From the NCBI RefSeq assembly GCF_018977255.1, contig NW_024704742.1, positions 99,450,001 through 99,514,000 on the forward strand: 64,000 bases of DNA, read 5' to 3'. Origin of the DNA: Callorhinchus milii (lineage: Eukaryota). Shown piece by piece: positions 60,601 to 64,000 of this stretch. Made by a program: the position numbers and the translations under genes. Each line of letters starts with the position of its first letter. Within the stretch, counting starts at the first letter, position 1. Under the pieces are notes generated by a model that saw only the letters and a program-made list of their open reading frames with translations, was not told where the DNA came from and ran no database searches.

Positions 60601-62049
60601 CCAAAAATGCAGTCAGAAGCAGTCAATGGTTATTATCACTGACCCTAGGAGCGAACCTCCTCCTCTCCCCCTCGGCTACTGATAATTACTGACTGCTTTT
60701 TGCGTTATTTTTGGTCAATATGATACTTATCACATTTGTCTACAATAACACAACCTGTTAAAAATGCTTTGAGACATTTCAATATTCTAGGCGTAATATC
60801 AAATGTACGATTATTAATATTATTACTGGAGACATACTTGCGATACTAGCATATGTTTATTAACTCCCTTCCCCTAGTGTATGTTAAAATATATTTTATC
60901 CTTTTTCTCACTTACTATAATGAGAGAAGCCGCAGCAGAGTTTACAGCAACAACTTGTATTTATATATCATCCTTCACGTGGGGTAGCCTTTTGGAGTGC
61001 TTAACAGTGGCGGAGATTAAAGGCATCCAGCACCATTGGTTTCAAAGTTTAAATTGTGCATTTGACAGACAAAATAAACAATTATTAAAAATGAATTCTG
61101 AATTAAATCAGCTTTATGATCATCTAATAAAACACGAAGGCTCAAACGAACACTCAAAAACCCAGCGCGCAGAAAACGTGAAATTCCAGCCGGCCTATAT
61201 TTCCTGCCAGTGGATAAGGTATTTCTTTCACTATTGTGTCTTCCTATGCTCGACTAATAATATTGGGCTGTATTTATGTCCCTGGAGAATGGTCAAAGGA
61301 AATCTACATGAAGCTGCCAGCAGTCAAGTTACCATCCCCCATCCCTTACATAATTACACTGTGTAAAGGACTGAAAAACTGCCACTAGTCACTAACATAG
61401 CATTTGTTAACTGTCAATCCTCTTGCTCCATCATTTACTTTCTTAGGGAAATCCATCCTTAAGATATAAAGAACGCTCGATTGTCTGAAACGAAACTCCA
61501 GTACTCACTCACTCACATATGCACACACAAACATGCACAGACGCACACAGACACGCACAACACATACACACAAAGGAAAGATGTTGGTCGCTGGGGACTG
61601 TGTGTTCCAATGCACCTAGATTTCAATCACTGTCACATTTCTGCGGCTTTTGTTCAGCTGCCTGATGTGTAGTATTGATTCCCCCCAAAAATCATTGCAG
61701 CTCGAGGAAAACTACATTCAAGCTTATTCACTGCTGAAGCACAGAGGCACATATGGGCAATCATTAGCCGACTAGCTGCATGCTTCAAAAGACACTAGAA
61801 ATAGGGACACCCACCCGCAATCACCGCCGGCACTTAGCAGGCAGATTTTGTTGAAAAGGAGAATAGCAAACTAGAAATGACATTACATTAGATTGAGATA
61901 AGCCACACACTAAACTCGTTCAGCGCCGGGAGATTGGCTTGTACTAATTACTAGGTTGCCCTATCCAGTCCAACCCGCTATCACAGCTTCAGTATCCACA
62001 GTACACCCACACTCTAAAGCTCACGTATTGTTACCCTGGATTGCGAGAG

Positions 62050-62290
62050 ATAGGTTTTAGGATGAGTTTGTAGGCAGTGGGAGAAGAAGTGAAGCAAAGA
62101 GGTTTTGAAATTTTTGAGGAGAGGGGCCAAATGGCTGAAGATTGACCATCAATGTTGGGACTGAAGATTGAGGAAAGAGCAATAGATCAGAATCGGAAGG
62201 GCAGAGGGTTATATAGACAGCCTAGAGCTGGGTGGGATTACATAGGTGGGGAGAGGTGAGACTGTGAAGGGGTTTGAAGGTCATGATGAA
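62050..62290 (-). mobile_element. L2 LINE 3' fragment
   Basis: Degenerate match to the other minus-strand L2 ends (AATGGCTGAAG..CCATCAATG, CAGAATCGGAAGGGCAGAGGG). Confidence 0.5.
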
Positions 62291-62451
62291 TCTAGAGTCT
62301 GTGGTCCAGTGCTCAAAACTAAAGTCAAATCCCCAATAGATCCAAAAACGCAAAGGCAGTTTATATTAGATGTTTATATCCAAGTGCTTGTACATTCTGC
62401 AGAATTCAGACACAAAGTTTACTTTCCTAAGTACAAGTGAACGCTTTAGCC

Positions 62452-63369
62452 CAGAGGTTCTCAACCTTTTTGGGCTCAGAACCCATTTGTAAACATGAGA
62501 GCCCGTAGCGACCCAGTAAATAGCTTGAGTGCAAAAAACATCTGTTTTACTAAATATTTCTTACCCACGATATATTAACTGCACCTTAACATAATAAGTA
62601 CTAAATGCAGCAAATATTAAAATATAGTACTTCAGTATTTGTAATATAAATCCTAGGTTCCACTTAATGAGAAACCTAAGCTTGAGTTTATCAGTTTGGT
62701 GCCATTGTAGCCAGGGCAATCTGAAGGTCATGCTCAAAAAACAATCTGTTCCTGCTTTTATTTTTCATTTGACTCAAGGCTGAAAATCCTGTTTCACAGA
62801 AGTATGAAGCACAAAATGGCAAAATAACTCTAATGGCATGGCTAGCCAGAGCGGGATATTCACCTGCAGCACTACACCAAAGCTGGGAAAGACTCATTTC
62901 AGTATATTTTCTCTGTAGACTGCGATCGCAAAATAACTCGATCCAGCTGAGATTCTTCCTCCAAAGGCAGACTCTCGTTTTCCAACATGACTCCAAATGG
63001 AGCAGATTGAGGTTCCAAACAGCTACTACTCTGTTCATATTAATTCAATGAATGGCCTTTGTAATTAACAGCCGGCCAAGACAAATCTTTACAATTGCCG
63101 GTTGTTGTTGAATGTTGAGCGTTCAGAACCTACGGTCCGTGCAGTAGAAGATCATGAACAGATTTTATTGAAAAGGAGGATAGCAAACTAGAAATGACAT
63201 TACATTAGACTGAGATAAGCCACACACCGTTAACGTAGCACTAGTGGCAGTCATTAATTTCTTAAAAATTGCAAAGTGCATATTTTGTTTCAAAATCTGT
63301 TCACGACCCTTTGACACAGTCCGGTGACCCCCAAATTTTGGGTCCTGATCCACGGGAAGAGAAACCCTG
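62452..63369 (-). mobile_element. Internally deleted hAT DNA transposon (Charlie/Buster type), 918 bp
   Basis: Imperfect TIRs CAGAGGTTCTCAACC... and ...GGGAAGAGAAACCCTG. Perfect 8-bp TSD CTTTAGCC at 62444-62451 and 63370-63377. ORF 62691-63038 encodes a hAT C-terminal dimerisation-domain remnant (LWCSAAGEYPALASHAIRVILPFCASYFCETGFSALSQMKNKSRNRL). Confidence 0.93.
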
Positions 63370-64000
63370 CTTTAGCCAATACTTCAAAATGTAGCGAAAT
63401 AGCATGGCAATAAATACAGAAAAACAGAAATATTTTAGCCAGACTGGTTACATGTAGGAGGGGGTGGGGTGAAGAGATTCTATAACTGGCTTTAAATATC
63501 TCCAGGCCTGTGTGTGTGTGGGGTGGATGGGGGCGGAGGGGGTGGGGGAAAAGAGAAAGAAAGAAGGGGATAAAATATACATGTCCGCCTGCACATACAA
63601 ACACAATCCAGGATTTCTCTTCCCTTTCTCTACCCAGTGATCCCTACCCTCTCACCTTACTGCTGTTACAGATGGCGAATATTAATTATAATAATAATCC
63701 TTGCAATTGATACAGTGCCTTAAGTACGCTGTGGAACTCAAACACACTATTGCCGTGCGGGAACCAGGAGCACACTTGGGGCAGGGAGGGATGATTTCCC
63801 CACAGCCAGTTATTGACTGGTACTTTACCAGGAGTAGAAAGACAAAAATTTAGATAATTAGCACATTGAACGCAGCATTTTACTCCCCGCCGCCCATCCA
63901 AATATGTAGCATGTTACAATTGCTGAAACCCTTCACTGGAGCCTATCCCCCGTACCGCCCTGGAATCATACGAGGAGCTGTTACAGCCCATTGTGCAATG

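Noticed and set aside
62691..63038. Domesticated transposase gene (ZBED5/SCAND3-like) exon
   Set aside because: It lies within TIRs and a TSD, covers only the C-terminal domain, and ends prematurely, so it is a transposon remnant.
54735..64000. Upstream ZNF608 coding exon (expected ...CEPGTSVNLEGIVWHETEE|G)
   Set aside because: I could not find it by eye or in the ORF track. It is presumably beyond the window in a long intron.

Overview
Eukaryotic, intron-containing vertebrate DNA. The repeat landscape (DeuSINE/SacSINE-like tRNA SINEs, L2, CR1, Penelope, hAT) points to a cartilaginous fish (inference). The only host gene is the 3' two-thirds of ZNF608 (Brakeless/Scribbler-family C2H2 transcriptional regulator) on the minus strand. 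I could assemble seven phase-consistent GT-AG exons: 54647-54734, 51660-54165, 48751-49174, 48050-48222, 46587-46746, 44606-44687 and 43208-43214. These give 3440 coding nt ending ...QRRE*, followed by a ~1.1 kb 3'UTR with AATAAA at 42128-42133. The N-terminal exons lie beyond the window end. Positions 1-42 kb are a gene-free stretch with many degenerate transposon fragments and several repeat-free, motif-rich blocks that could be conserved enhancers. The most notable details are: an internally deleted Charlie/Buster hAT element with a perfect 8-bp TSD that shares a 69-bp segment with its own flank; a CR1 nested in a Penelope element that carries a decayed hammerhead ribozyme; a stop codon hidden in the last splice donor; and a candidate internal CCAAT/CpG promoter. 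I found no convincing evidence of a wholly new biological system. Repeat boundaries are approximate unless stated otherwise.
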